Part shown: piece by piece, positions 1-12,204 of the stretch | Position numbering within the stretch: the stretch's first letter is position 1 | Layout of the letters: each line of letters begins with the position of its first letter | Source of the DNA: Octopus vulgaris | Taxonomy: Eukaryota | Direction of reading: 5' to 3' | Assembly: GCA_951406725.2 (NCBI GenBank) | Contig: OX597815.1 | Coordinates: 187,426,001-187,490,000 of the forward strand | DNA length: 64,000 bases | The notes under the pieces: model-generated | What the model saw: the letters and a program-made list of their open reading frames with translations, nothing else | The model's database searches: none | Told to the model about the DNA's origin: nothing | Made by a program: the position numbers and the translations under genes

Positions 1-954
1 TATAGTTTTTATATAGGCCCTGGGCTGAAAATTTCATCTATTCAAAAGTCTAGAAAATCTTAAGTTGACCCTAGGAGGACCTAACAAGACTATTTTCAGG
101 GCCATGGAAGTGGGGAGGTCATCTTAAAATTCCAAAATTTAAAGGTGCTGAGATTTTTTTTTTTTACCAAGAAGAGTCCCTTCACATATTTATGGATCCT
201 ACTTGGTTCTTTGTTCACCTGGACTAATGTTCTGACTGACACTAACTAAAACTCTGTGGTGGGTTTTAGTCAAATAAATTCTCTTTATCAATCATGTTTG
301 TCAATATATATATATGTAATTTTATATAATGATTACCAGTATCACTTCCATCCTGACATATTCATGGAAGACTTTTAACCTTACAAGCAAACAATCACAT
401 ATCATGTTTCATAACCTACAACTAGTCTTTGTTGTAGCGAAATAAAAAAAGACAAGGCTAAATCTATTTAACCTAGTTACGTTAACCATTGCAGTAGAGA
501 GAACAATTGAACATTTCAAGAGATTTTTTTTCTCTCCATTCAATTTGAAATAAAACAAAAATTATTCCTCTCAGGTTCCTTTTTTGCAATGAAAGATTCA
601 GTTAGGCCTTGGACAATTTTATTTAGCCTAAATGAAGAAAAAACAAAACAAAAAAGTGCAAATAGTGAAACTTTAATAGCTATGTAATAACGACTTCTTT
701 TCTTTGAGAGCCACTGTCAAATGCAGCTGGATTTTTGTTTACTTTTCCCGAGAGAGACATTACAGCTAAGAATATAATTTTCAAACAACATTCAGTGCTT
801 CATCCCTTTATACAAATTCATGCTACTGGCTTATTTAACTTATTTCCATTAGCTCATTTTATTTTTTAGATATGGAAATCATACCAAAAAATATTTTTAA
901 CTCTTATTCCATGTGTAAAAATTATTATCAAATGATCATACTTGAGTAGATTAT

Positions 955-997
955 ACTATGCTGATGAAGTCCAGTAAGGTTGAAATATGTCCATAGT
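955..997 (+). ncRNA. Minimal type I hammerhead ribozyme motif (Penelope-type), partly degenerate
   Basis: actatg-CTGATGA-agtccagtaaggtt-GAAA-tat-GTC-catagt. Stem I actatg/catagt is a perfect 6 bp, both core boxes are intact and a GUC cleavage triplet is in place. Stem II forms only with G-U pairs. Confidence 0.55.
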
Positions 998-1781
998 TGT
1001 CCTTTTGTTGCAAACAAAAATCAAACTTTCCTGTAGGCTTATAAAGTAACTTTTAAAGATGAATTCTTAACTCTTCCAATCCTATAGAACTTACTCTATA
1101 TAAATCTCCATGTCCTGTTAGAAACTAGAAATTTTGATAAAATGTATTTAGTCCACTGTAAAAATCATAAAAATATAATGATTGCACGAATTTGGAAAAA
1201 AATTTGTTGATACATTATAATGATTATTATTGTACATTGTAAATGTGGTTTTTACCTGTTGTGTCACTTTCAATTACCAAGGTAAGTTGACTACAGATAA
1301 GGTTTCACATACACTTATCAATTCCTGAAGATCAACTTCCTTTCTCAGAGCTGAATTTGTGCTCCAGTTAATCATTGTTTCTTGGAAGCTGTACAACTTC
1401 CATTCGAAAAAAGGATTCAGAGATATGCCTTCATTTCTTTCATTCAAAAATTTTGTAAGGTCCAATAACAAATTTTTTTTTTGCCCTTATTGCAAGAATT
1501 ACACATTCCTCATAATCCCCTGAGTACACCGAGGGCCTATGTTTAAGATATATCAGTAAATTGTATTTTTATTTTTTCATCCTTATCATTTAATAACAAA
1601 AAGAACATCAACGTAGTATCAACTAAATATGATAATTTCATACTTGCTTAAATGACGAAACTATTTAAATAGTTGGTTTTTATGGATGACACTCAAATAT
1701 CACTCTAATTATTTTATCCACGTCTTAGATTTCTACTTTTAATTAAATTATAAATAACTATTAATAAACAAAGCATTGTTC

Positions 1782-2016
1782 TTTTACATGTTTCAGTCAT
1801 TTGACTGCGGTCATGCTGTAGTACTGCTTTTAGTTGAACAAATCGACCCTAGGACTTATTCTTTGTAAGCCTAGTACTAATTCTATCAGTCTCTTTTGCT
1901 GAACCACTAAGTTACAGGGATGTAAGCACACCAATATCAGTTGTCAAGTGATGGTGCTGGGGACAAACACAGATACATAAACACACACATGCACACACAT
2001 ATGATGGGCTTCTTTC
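1782..2016 (-). mobile_element. SINE family A, 3' part
   Basis: Matches the body and tail of the full copies at 11292-11746, 36290-36726 and 59285-59780 (tgtttcagtcatttgactg...gacttattctttgtaagcctagtact). Confidence 0.9.
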
Positions 2017-2038
2017 TGCTTTATTGTATCTGACAATC

Positions 2039-2064
<26 letters not shown>

Positions 2065-2069
<5 letters not shown>

Positions 2070-2275
2070 TACCTTCTTCAATTTTATAGTTTCCATGATA
2101 GATCGCTAGCCCCTAAACCTTTTTTTATTTTCTCTGTTTACTTTTGTGTCCCTTTCCGTTGAAGAGCATAGGCTCGAAATGTAAAAGACTTTATTCCCGA
2201 GCATTAAATTAATACATCTGTTTGTTGTTTATACACCTGTCTTTGTTTTTTGTTTTTTTTGTAAATTCTCACTAT
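2065..2275 (+). mobile_element. Short (TA)n-flanked element with a degenerate hammerhead-like motif, probable Penelope terminal-repeat fragment
   Basis: Flanked by (TA)n on both sides. Homologous to 39325-39580. Contains cttt-CCGTTGAA-GAGCatagGCTC-GAAATGTA-aaag at 2152-2187. Confidence 0.55.
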
Positions 2276-2297
2276 ATATATATATATATATATATAT

Positions 2298-2410
2298 ACC
2301 GATTAAATAAGTACTAGGCATATAAAGAATAAGTTGTGAGGTCGATTTGCTCGACTAAAGGCAGTGCTCCAGCATGGCTACAGTCAAATGACTGAAACAA
2401 ATAAAAGAAT
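2298..2410 (+). mobile_element. SINE family A, 3' end fragment
   Basis: aataagtactaggc...gctccagcatggctacagtcaaatgactgaaacaaataaaaga is the family A terminus. Confidence 0.85.
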
Positions 2411-2957
2411 ATATACATAAATATATTTATATTTATGTATGTATATATATTTATGTATATATATTTATGTATATATATTTATGTATATATATTTATGTAT
2501 ATATATGTATGTATATATATATATATGTATGTATATATATATGTATGTATATATATATGTATGTATATATATATGTATGTATATTTATGTATGTATATAT
2601 ATATTTATGTATGTATATATATATTTATTTATGTATGTATGTATATATTTATATATTTATTTATGTATGTATATATTTATATATTTATTTATGTATGTAT
2701 ATATATATATATTTATTTATGTATGTATATATATATATATTTATTTATGTATGTATATATATATATATATGTATATATTTATGTATGTATATATATATAT
2801 ATATATATGTTTATGTATGTATATATATATATGTTTATGTATGTATATATATATGTTTATGTATGTATATATATATGTTTATGTATGTATATATGTTTAT
2901 GTATGTATATATGTTTATGTATGTATATATGTTTATGTATGTATATATATATTTATG

Positions 2958-2990
<33 letters not shown>

Positions 2991-3535
2991 ATATATATAT
3001 TTATGTATGTATATATATATATTTATGTATGTATATATATATATTTATGTATGTATATATATATATATATGTATGTATATATATATATATTTATGTATGT
3101 ATATATATATATATATTTATGTATGTATATATATATATTTATGTATGTATATATATATATTTATGTATGTATATATATATATTATGTATGTATATATATA
3201 TATTTATGTATGTATATATATATATTTATGTATGTATATATATATATATTTATGTATGTATATATATATATATTTATGTATATATATATATATATTTATG
3301 TATGTATATATATATATATTTATGTATGTATATATATATATATATTTATGTATGTATATATATATATATATTTATGTATGTATATATATATATATATTTA
3401 TGTATGTATATATATATATATATTTATGTATGTATATATATATATATATTTATGTATGTATATATATATATATATGTGTATGTGTGCATATGTATTTATG
3501 TGTGTGTGTGTATATGTGTGTGTATATATATATTA
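2411..3535. repeat. ~1.1 kb compound microsatellite, units of TTTATGTATG(TA)n
   Basis: Seen directly. It generates the three spurious Y/I/M/V/C-rich ORFs. Confidence 0.97.
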
Positions 3536-4332
3536 TATGCCTTTGTATCTTAACTCACAAATTTCAAATGTTGATCAGAAAATTTTAAATAGATTTAATC
3601 TCTGTGACAAGTTAAAGAGATGCTGCAGCCAGATACCAAATCAATGCCGTCTAACTGACACCATAAATTTTCTTCCATATATTTCAGTTACACTATAAAG
3701 AATCTCAGCTTCTTGTGTAAGAAACTCTTTTGCTAACAAACTCTTTGTCTATGACTAATTTTTCTACTCTACAATTTTATGGAATCTGCTTTTAGTTTGA
3801 GGAAATATAAAAGTATTTAAAATTTTACTTCCTTAATATATATTTTTAATATCTGAGTTTCTTTTTCCGGTCAGTGTATTGCAGATTTATTAATGACTCA
3901 GCTCATAAAAATGCTATAGGTATATAAATATCACAAAAGCTATTCATTGAGAGTGAGTTTTACTCTAATATTTACTTTAGCTACTAAATATTTATAGCAG
4001 TTTTTTTTTTATGTACAAATCTATGTCTATTAGTCATAAACTCATCTAAGAGAGCAAATATTGTTAAATCTGGCAGGAATACTATTTGGTTATTCCATGA
4101 AAGTTTTGAAAGAATCAAAGTTTCATTTTTAATTAATTTTTGTGGTTTAGCTTGGTATTCTTGAATTTAAATAACATTAAAAATATTTTTTTTCAAATGT
4201 AAGTGATGCTTACAAACTAATATCAAACAATAGGTTTAGTCTCTGACATTTAAAAAAGAATTTCACATATTCTTTCTGCAATATATTATAGAAAAAAAAT
4301 GTAAATTATTTCTACAGTATATATATGTTTGT

Positions 4333-4408
4333 CATCATCATCATCATCGTTTAGCGTCCGCTTTCCATGCTAGCATGGGCTGGACGGTAAAGCGCATGGG
4401 TTGGACGA
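4333..4408 (-). mobile_element. Element family C, 3' tail fragment
   Basis: (catc)n-gtttagcgtccgctttccatgctagcatggg is the reverse complement of the family C end. Confidence 0.85.
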
Positions 4409-4572
4409 TGATCCCTAGTGATCGTTTTTTTCTTTTTTTTTCTTTCCCTTTTTTTCCTTTCCCTTTTATGATCCCTTTTGATCAAAAACCTCCCCCACTT
4501 TTTTTTCTTTTCTTCCCAAAAAGAAAAGCTCTACTTTCTAATCTGTCCCGTCTGTGTAGCTAATAAAGAAAC
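4409..4572 (+). mobile_element. Probable LINE 3' UTR fragment (family H)
   Basis: gatcccttttgatc...aagaaaagctctacttt...tgtcccgtctgtgt...aataaagaaa. A second copy lies on the minus strand at 41669-41835. Confidence 0.6.
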
Positions 4573-4602
4573 AAATATATATATATATATATATAAATTT
4601 AT

Positions 4603-4642
<40 letters not shown>

Positions 4643-6081
4643 GAAGACTTCAGGTTATATATTATACATTGAATGTTTGCCCAAAATTCCATGGCTAGAA
4701 AACAAGTTGTTCATGAATGTAGATAATTTATTGGAAAAATAAGGAATACATATTTCTAATTCCGTAATTTCAAGCAGATAGCTATTTTTGTAAAATAACA
4801 CCACTAAATCCATTTAACAAAAAGCCAGGCCATTAATAGTTTATTGATTAACTGACTGTTTGATATTTAATATGATAGCATGTTACAGAATATTAGATTT
4901 CTGAAATGTTAAAACAATAAATATAGGCGGACTGAGAATTTGAGTGAAATAAATAAACGTTTAATAAGAGACAATTTCTGGGGTTTGCTCTTACAAATAT
5001 ATTATTAGAGTAATTTATTATAGGAATTATCTGTTTCGTCTAGAATTACGCTGAAATTCAGTTTTCGAAAAAATAACATTTTTTCTTTTTAAGTTATTCA
5101 TTTTGCATATTTTGGGCATATTTTTGCATATGTGTATACACAATTTATGGTTGAAAGCATCATTGATGTGAAAAGCTACAATAAAGTTTAGAAGAGCAGG
5201 TTATTTTTTTGTAGCTTGAGAATGTTTATATGTTTTTAACATTCTGTCATTATATGTGAATAATTTATAGTTTGTTTCCTTATGAAAAATGTCCATATTG
5301 TTATCAGCTATATTTTTATTTTTGTATACTTTTTTTTAATTATTATTTTTCTTTAAGTACAACCACCATCAGTTGTTATAAAGTATGTTTCTTAAGTATA
5401 TCTGTAAATAACTGACCACTCCATCTAGGATAAAAAGTTACATCTGATTAAAATTTATAGCATTTCTAACTAGTCAAACTAGTTTCTATCATGACTGAAA
5501 ATGTGATAAAATGTCAAACAAGCAAACAACTGTAAGTACACTTTCTTTATTAAGGAAGTTACATTGTCTTTTAAAATATACATGTTCAATAATAGCATTT
5601 TTCTGAGCATGTTTGTTATACATAAAATAATTCAGTATTAAAAAGTAAATAAAAAAAAATCTAAAACCAAAGGTTATTAACCAGAGAATGAAGCTCTTAT
5701 TCTTTTTCAAAGTATATATATTGTTATTTGTTCTCATTGCTGATTTCCTGACCCTGTTGAAATAGTTATGTAAATCAATTTCTTCTCTACAGCTGTTGTA
5801 AATAAGTGTTTTAATAGAAACACTCCCATTTCTTTTTAAATATTTTGAAGTTGTTAACATCTTTCAATTCTGAAACAGTATAAATATAATATTAAGGTGG
5901 AATTAGCCAATGCATCACAAAAATTTAGAAAAATAGATAGGTTGATTCAAAAGGTTAAAATGTAATGTCTAAAGTTACTTCTTAAAATGACAAATTTAAT
6001 GTCTTTCCACTGATGGAGAAGACTACTAGTAAAATAGTGAAAACATTCCACTATTTTAAAACTAATATTTCACTATTTTAA

Positions 6082-6289
6082 CTCTGCACTGTTCAGATTA
6101 CTGTTAAATATTATGCTTATTTATTCACATCATTTTGTATTAACCATGCATTATCTCATAGCTTTGATGTATCAATGATGTGATTTTTTATTTTTATAAT
6201 GTCAATGTAGGGTAGGAGTGAAAGGTTAGATATGGTCAGTTTGAATGTAATCACAGGTAGAATACTAATACTGTTTGAATATCAAAGGG
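6082..6289. mobile_element. TTAA-flanked MITE family E
   Basis: Bounded by TTAA at 6078 and 6290. Body shared with the copies at 7783, 25006, 28522, 50177 and 61066. Confidence 0.8.
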
Positions 6290-7160
6290 TTAAAAGGCAT
6301 ATTTTATAGACAAAAGTTGTCAACAATGTCTTTGTAGTTTCTCTAATCATTTTCATGTCTATGAACAAAAGATCTATTATAAAATTTCATTGAAATGTAA
6401 AGGTGAAAGGGCTGTGACTTTTTTGGAGAGGACTTACATGATAAAATGGGCCCTAGTATGTGATTGCAGCTTTATTGTATTGACATCCATCTACAGCTGG
6501 ATGTCCTTCCTTATGCCAACCATTTTACAGAGTGTAGTGTGCTTTTTACATGTTTATGTGGCACCAGCACCAGAACATCACAACTAATTTCCTTCTTCCT
6601 CAGGAATTAGTAGGTATGGATATCTCTAATGTGCAAAGTTCTTCCAACTGACTTAATTTATGTATGATCCAAATGCATTCATTTGAGTTTATATCTATCT
6701 ATAAATGAAACTGTTTTATAATTTTTATATTATATAGTTATATTCTAATTTTTATTTATTAGTGTGAGTATATGTGGTAAGATTTTAATATGAACGATAT
6801 TAAACATGCTTTTGTATACAGCAATTTAAGAATGAAATACAAATGCTAGCATGTTTTTTTTAGAAAGCAAAGAATACAAGGCTTTTATTTTCATCAGTGA
6901 GTTCATTGTTTATTTATGATCTCAATTTACTTGTTTACAAATGTGTAAAGTTTAATCCCACATCTTTATTTTTTATTCTAGCCTGGTTAATGTTATTATC
7001 TAACTATAATATTCTTTCTTACCTTGCATTATTTATATGAAGCCTTTCTCTTTCTATTAACGTCACAAAATGTAACTTAAAAAATAGAGTATGTGTGAAA
7101 GTGTACAACACCGATGATTCACTCTGTTTTTGTATTTACTTGTGTTCTTGAAATTCTCTA

Positions 7161-7439
7161 TGGTGCGCCGCCTTGACTGGCTTCTGTGCTGGTGGCACAT
7201 AAAAAGCACCAACCGATCGTGGACGTTACCAGCCTCGCTTGGCACCTGTGCCGGTGGCACGTAAAAAGCACCCACTACACTCACGAAGTGGTTGGCGTTA
7301 GGAAGGGCATCCAGCTGTAGAAACACTGCCAGATCAGATTGGAGTCTGGTGCAGCTTTCTGGCTCCTCAGACCCCGGTCAAACCGTCCAACCCATGCTAG
7401 CATGGAAAACGGATGTTAAACGATGATGATGATGATGAT
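7161..7439 (+). mobile_element. Element family C (non-autonomous retroposon with RTE-like end)
   Basis: Repeated gtggcacgtaaaaagcacc modules, ggcgttaggaagggcatccagctgt motif, and a ggatgttaaac(gat)n tail. Confidence 0.9.
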
Positions 7440-7542
7440 ATTCACTTTCTTCATGCTGGCATGAATTGGATAAGATTTCTTGAGCCACTATTCTACAGTT
7501 CGATGCCGTTATTGATGTCAATCCTTAATTTCAAGTAAGGTG

Positions 7543-7769
7543 CAGTAATCCCTCACCATATTGCGGTTCACCTATCGCAGTTTATTATTTAAGCTTACAT
7601 CGATTCCTCTGTGGTGTTGTTTTACCTTTATAATAAAATAAATATATACAAATTATAAAAATGGTAAAAAAAAAAAAAAATACAGAACAGTACTGTTTCT
7701 ACATTACAGATTTTCACTCATCATGGTGGGTTTTGGAACATAACACCTGCAATAGTCAAGGCATTATTG
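7543..7769. mobile_element. pogo/Tigger-like (Tc1/mariner superfamily) MITE, degenerate
   Basis: Starts cagtaatccctc and ends aaggcattattg followed by TA (imperfect TIR). Confidence 0.6.
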
Positions 7770-7782
7770 TATTTCTACTTTG

Positions 7783-7988
7783 TCCTCTGTGAAACATAAT
7801 ACTTATTTGTTCACATTGTTTTGAATTAGTCATGTATTATTTTGTAGTTTAAAGATTTTGATGATATGCTTATTTAGTTTTAAAATGGCATTTTAGGGTT
7901 AGTGTGAGAGGCTGGATCTGGCCAGTTTCAACATAAAACAGGTTAAATATTTTGGCCTGATTTGGTTGGTTTGAATGCTGAAGAGTTA
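7783..7988. mobile_element. MITE family E, partial
   Basis: Family E body, ending aatgctgaagagttaa. Confidence 0.75.
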
Positions 7989-8049
7989 AACTGCTGAGCT
8001 GTGGGGCCTATGGTTCATGCAGGTCATTAACATCATCGGTGCTCAACTA

Positions 8050-8240
8050 ACATCATCATCATCATTTAAAGTCCATTTCCCATGCTGGCATGGCTTGACA
8101 GGAACTGGTAAGGCCAAGGACAGCACCAGGTTCCATAGTCTGCTTTGGTTTGGTTTCTGTGGCTGGATGCTCTTCCTAATGCCAAACACTCCACAGAATT
8201 TACTGGGTGCTTTTTATGTGGCACCATCATCAATGCCTTT
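8050..8240 (-). mobile_element. Element family C running into a minisatellite
   Basis: (catc)n tail, ccatgctggcatgg and ggctggatgctcttcctaatgccaa, then the tttttatgtggcacc module. Confidence 0.85.
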
Positions 8241-9166
8241 TAAGTGACACCAGCACCAGTGCATTTTATATGGCACCATCATCAATGCCTTTCAAGTGGC
8301 ACCAGCACCAGTGCATTTTATATGGCACCATCATCAATGCCTTTCAAGTGGCACCAGCACCAGTGCATTTTATATGGCACCATCATCAATGCCTTTCAAG
8401 TGGCACCAGCACCAGTGCATTTTATATGGCACCATCATCAATGCCTTTTAAGTGGCACCAGCCCCAGTGCATTTTATATGGCACCATCATCAATGCCTTT
8501 TAAGTGGCACCAGCACCAGTGCATTTTATATGGCACCGTCATCAATGCCTTTCAAGTGACACCAGTACCAGTGCACTTTTTATGTGGCACCATCATCAAT
8601 GCCTTTCAAGTGGCACCAGCACCAGTGCATTTTATATGGCACCATCATCAATGCCTTTTAAGTGGCACCAGCACCAGTGCATTTTATATGGCACCATCAT
8701 CAATGCCTTTTAAGTGGCACCAGCACCAGTGCATTTTATATGGCACCATCATCAATGCCTTTCAAGTGGCACCAGCACCAGTGCATTTTATATGGCACCG
8801 TCATCAATGCCTTTCAAGTGACACCAGTACCAGTGCACTTTTTATGTGGCACCATCATCAATGCCTTTCAAATGGCACCAGCACCAGTGCATTTTATATG
8901 GCACCATCATCAATGCCTTTTAAGTGGCACCAGCACCAGTGCATTTTATATGGCACCGTCATCAATGCCTTTCAAGTGACACCAGTACCAGTGCACTTTT
9001 ATGTGGCACCATCATCAATGCCTTTCAAGTGGCACCAGCACCAGTGCATTTTATATGGCACCATCATCAATGCCTTTTAAGTGGCACCAGCACCAGTGCA
9101 TTTTATATGGCACCGTCATCAATGCCTTTTAAGTGACACCAGCACCAGTGCATTTTATATGGCACC
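8218..9166. repeat. Minisatellite, ~18 copies of a 52-bp unit made of two related 26-bp halves
   Basis: Unit gtggcaccagcaccagtgcattttat-atggcaccatcatcaatgcctttcaa. Variant gtgacacc units occur at 8244, 8556, 8818, 8976 and 9133. Confidence 0.97.
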
Positions 9167-10686
9167 AACACCCACACAAAAGCTTTTGCATGGCACCATG
9201 GTTGAATGTGAATGTGAAAGCTTACAGAAACAGATACCCCCACACACTCATATACACACATATAAAATAGGCTTTTGTACAGTCTTCCATCTCACAAATT
9301 TCATTCAGAAGGCACTTGTCAGCCTGAAGTGAAAGCAGAAGACATTTGTCCAACATGACATGCAGGGGGATTGAATTGAAAATCACATGGCTGCAAAGCA
9401 AACTCCTTAAACCATACACCTGTGCCCATCACTTTGAAGCTTGATTATTTTTCTTCTTTGCACCTGCTTAGAATGTAAATGTTATGTCAGTCCTTAAATT
9501 GTTTGCTCAAGAAATGGTATACTTGAGATGGCAACAGACTAAAGTATTGAATTTGCACACACACGCACATGCTCATGCACAAGCATGCACACCCACACAC
9601 ACCCATCCACACACATGTGCACACCCACGCCCACACAAACGTGCACACACACACTTATTTGGGATAGAAGTGGTGTGGTTCTCCATCCCACTTTGTCATT
9701 TGTATTTATACAGGGTACATCAAATTTTTGAGGATACTTTTTTCAAAAGCTCTAACTTTCTTCTAACTTATTCTATTTTACCTTACTTTGAAGATAGATC
9801 ATATCACACATCAAGTTGACTCAGCAAATGAAAAGGCACGCTGTAATTGTTTCCTTAAAAATGCAGTGATACAGAGATAGCTCACTTCCTGAAAGTTGCC
9901 TGATCCTTTGAAAGTCTGGAAGGAGCTGGAAGCTGCTGACTGGGATCCAACACCAGCAGTTAAATGAAAGAAAATGCATGTACACAGGACTGGATTTAAA
10001 CCATGGGGGCCCTGAGGCACTTAAAGTTCAGTGGGCTCCTTATACACAAGAATTAGAATCTTAGAAAATTACCAAGTTTAGACCCATCCATTTCAAATAA
10101 TTGAATTTGATGAGTTAGCAGAGAAAGTTTGAATAAGTGACTGAAAATGTTGCTTTATAGATACATTTTTTTCAAAATTCATATTTCACTTTTCACACAT
10201 CCACTTGTGGTGTTTCACTTTTCCTTCATAGTGAAAAGTGCAATGAAGGAGGGAAGGGTGGGGTGAGATTTTTTTCTTCTTTTAATGTGAGTTCACAAAT
10301 GTTTCATAATGTAGAATAAGATAAAATGACAGAAAATCATGAAAAAGAAAAAAAAATCATTTTTGTGGTTGTTGCTGTTCCAAAGGCATGATGAGTTTGT
10401 GTGTATGTGTCTCTGTGTGTGTGTGCATGAGATAAAGATGAGGTGGGTGAAGACACCAATATTTAAAAGACGTGGATCCTCAAAATTATTTATACCAATT
10501 TGTTTTCAAATACAACTTTCCTTTGAAGAGCTGTGCATCTTTTTCTAAATTCATACAAGTGATCTCTGAAAAAAGTGGCACACCCTGTTTGCCACTTCTA
10601 AAAGTCCAGATCCTTTTTTACTTACTTTTTAATCACAGGAGAAGGTACTGTTCCAGACATTTTACAGGACCACTGAGAATGGTGAG

Positions 10687-11049
10687 AGTTACATCTGATT
10701 AAAATTTATAGCATTTCTAACTGGAGAGGACTTACATGATAAAATGGGCCCTAGTACTTGATTGCAGCTTTATTGTATTGGTATAAGCCCTTTCACCTGT
10801 GTTTATCATTTTATAAATAACATTTACATTTCAATGAAATTTTATAATAGATCTTTTGTTCATAGACATGAAAATGATTAGAGAAACTGCAAAGACATTG
10901 TTGATGACTTTTGTCTATAAAATATGCCTTTTAACCCATTAGTATTCAAACAGTATTAGTATTCTACCTGTGATTACATTCAAAACTGACCATATCTAAC
11001 CTTTCACTCCTACCCTACATTGACATTATAAAAATGAAAAATCACATCA
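10687..11049. repeat. Mosaic local duplication of three upstream segments
   Basis: 10687-10722 = 5436-5471 (direct); 10722-10780 = 6424-6482 (direct); 10786-11049 = 6176-6413 (inverted). Confidence 0.9.
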
Positions 11050-11291
11050 CTTGTGTACTGGAGACATAGCCTGAATGCTTGAAGCAGTGGACTCTGCTAA
11101 AAGAATCAAGATGCCAAGGCAACAGACTGAGAATTTACTAATCAGACTTGTCCTTGTCATTTAAAGATGAAAAACTCCAATAATGCTCCAAAGATATAAT
11201 GTTCTAGGAAACATAACTATTTACATATTCTGAAAATTTCTGTTGCGTAAAAAGTATCATAACTCATTTTTTATTTTCACTTTAAAGAAAT

Positions 11292-11528
11292 TACTCTTTA
11301 CTCTTTTATTTGTTTCAGCCATTTGACTGTGGCCATGCTGGAGCACTGCCTTTAGTCAAATCAAATCGACCCCAGGCCTTATTCTTTGTAAGCCTAGTAC
11401 TTATTCTATCAGTCTCTTTTGCCGAACTGTTAAGTTACGGGGATGTAAACACACCAGCATTGGTTGTCAAGCGATGTTGGGGGGGGGGGGGACAACCACA
11501 GATACACAGCATATACACACATACATGC

Positions 11529-11577
<49 letters not shown>

Positions 11578-11746
11578 TATACGATGGACTTCTCTCAGTT
11601 TCCGTCTACCAAATCCACTCACAAAGCTTTGGTCGGCCTGAGACTGTTGTAGAAGACACTTGCCCAAAGTGCCACGCAGTGGGACTGAACCCAGAATCAT
11701 GTGGTTGGTAAGCAAGCTACTTACCACACAGCCATTCCTGCACCTA
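11292..11746 (-). mobile_element. SINE family A, full length (tRNA-derived head; resembles the octopus OK/OR-type SINEs)
   Basis: Minus-strand head ggtgcaggaatggctgtgtggtaagtagcttg...gggttcagtccc carries A/B-box-like motifs, followed by a central (TA/TG)n tract and a short-repeat tail. Confidence 0.92.
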
Positions 11747-11784
11747 TGTTAATGAAAGTAAAATGGTAAAGTTCTTTATTCAGT

Positions 11785-12204
11785 CTTTTACTCGCTTCAG
11801 TCATTAGACTGTGGCCATGCTGGAGCACTGCCTTGAAGAATTCTTAGTTGAATGAATCGGCCTCAATACTTGTTTTTTTTAAAGCCTGGTACTTATTCTA
11901 TTGGTCTCTTTTGCTGAACCGTGAAGTTACATGGACGTAAGCATACCAACATTGGCTGTCAAGTGGTGGTGGAGACAGAGATACAAAAGCACACACATAC
12001 ACCACACACACACATGCAGATACATATGCACACCGCACATGCGCACACACATACAATGGGCTTCTTTTAGTTTCCACTCACATAGCTTTGGTTGGCTCAA
12101 GGCTATAGTAGAAAACACTTGTCCAGAGTGTCACGCAGCAGAACTGAACCTGGAACCATGTGGTTGGGAAGCAAGCCTTTCCATACAGCCATACCTGCAC
12201 CTAT
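11785..12204 (-). mobile_element. SINE family A, older full-length copy
   Basis: Same layout as the adjacent copy but more diverged. Confidence 0.88.

Noticed and set aside
1274-1471. 65-aa minus-strand ORF
   Set aside because: Short, no motif, and expected by chance.
2435-3698. Three 370-420 aa ORFs
   Set aside because: They are translations of a TA/TATG microsatellite with no protein-like composition.
8207-9332. Repetitive ORFs (MAPAPVHFIWHHHQC...) and a CRISPR-like appearance
   Set aside because: The 52-bp unit cycles through all frames. The units are contiguous with no unique spacers, and no cas genes are present.
11310-11711. Recurrent peptides such as YQIHSQGFG...VEDTCPRCHAVGLN suggesting a gene family
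   Set aside because: They are antisense translations of SINE A copies.
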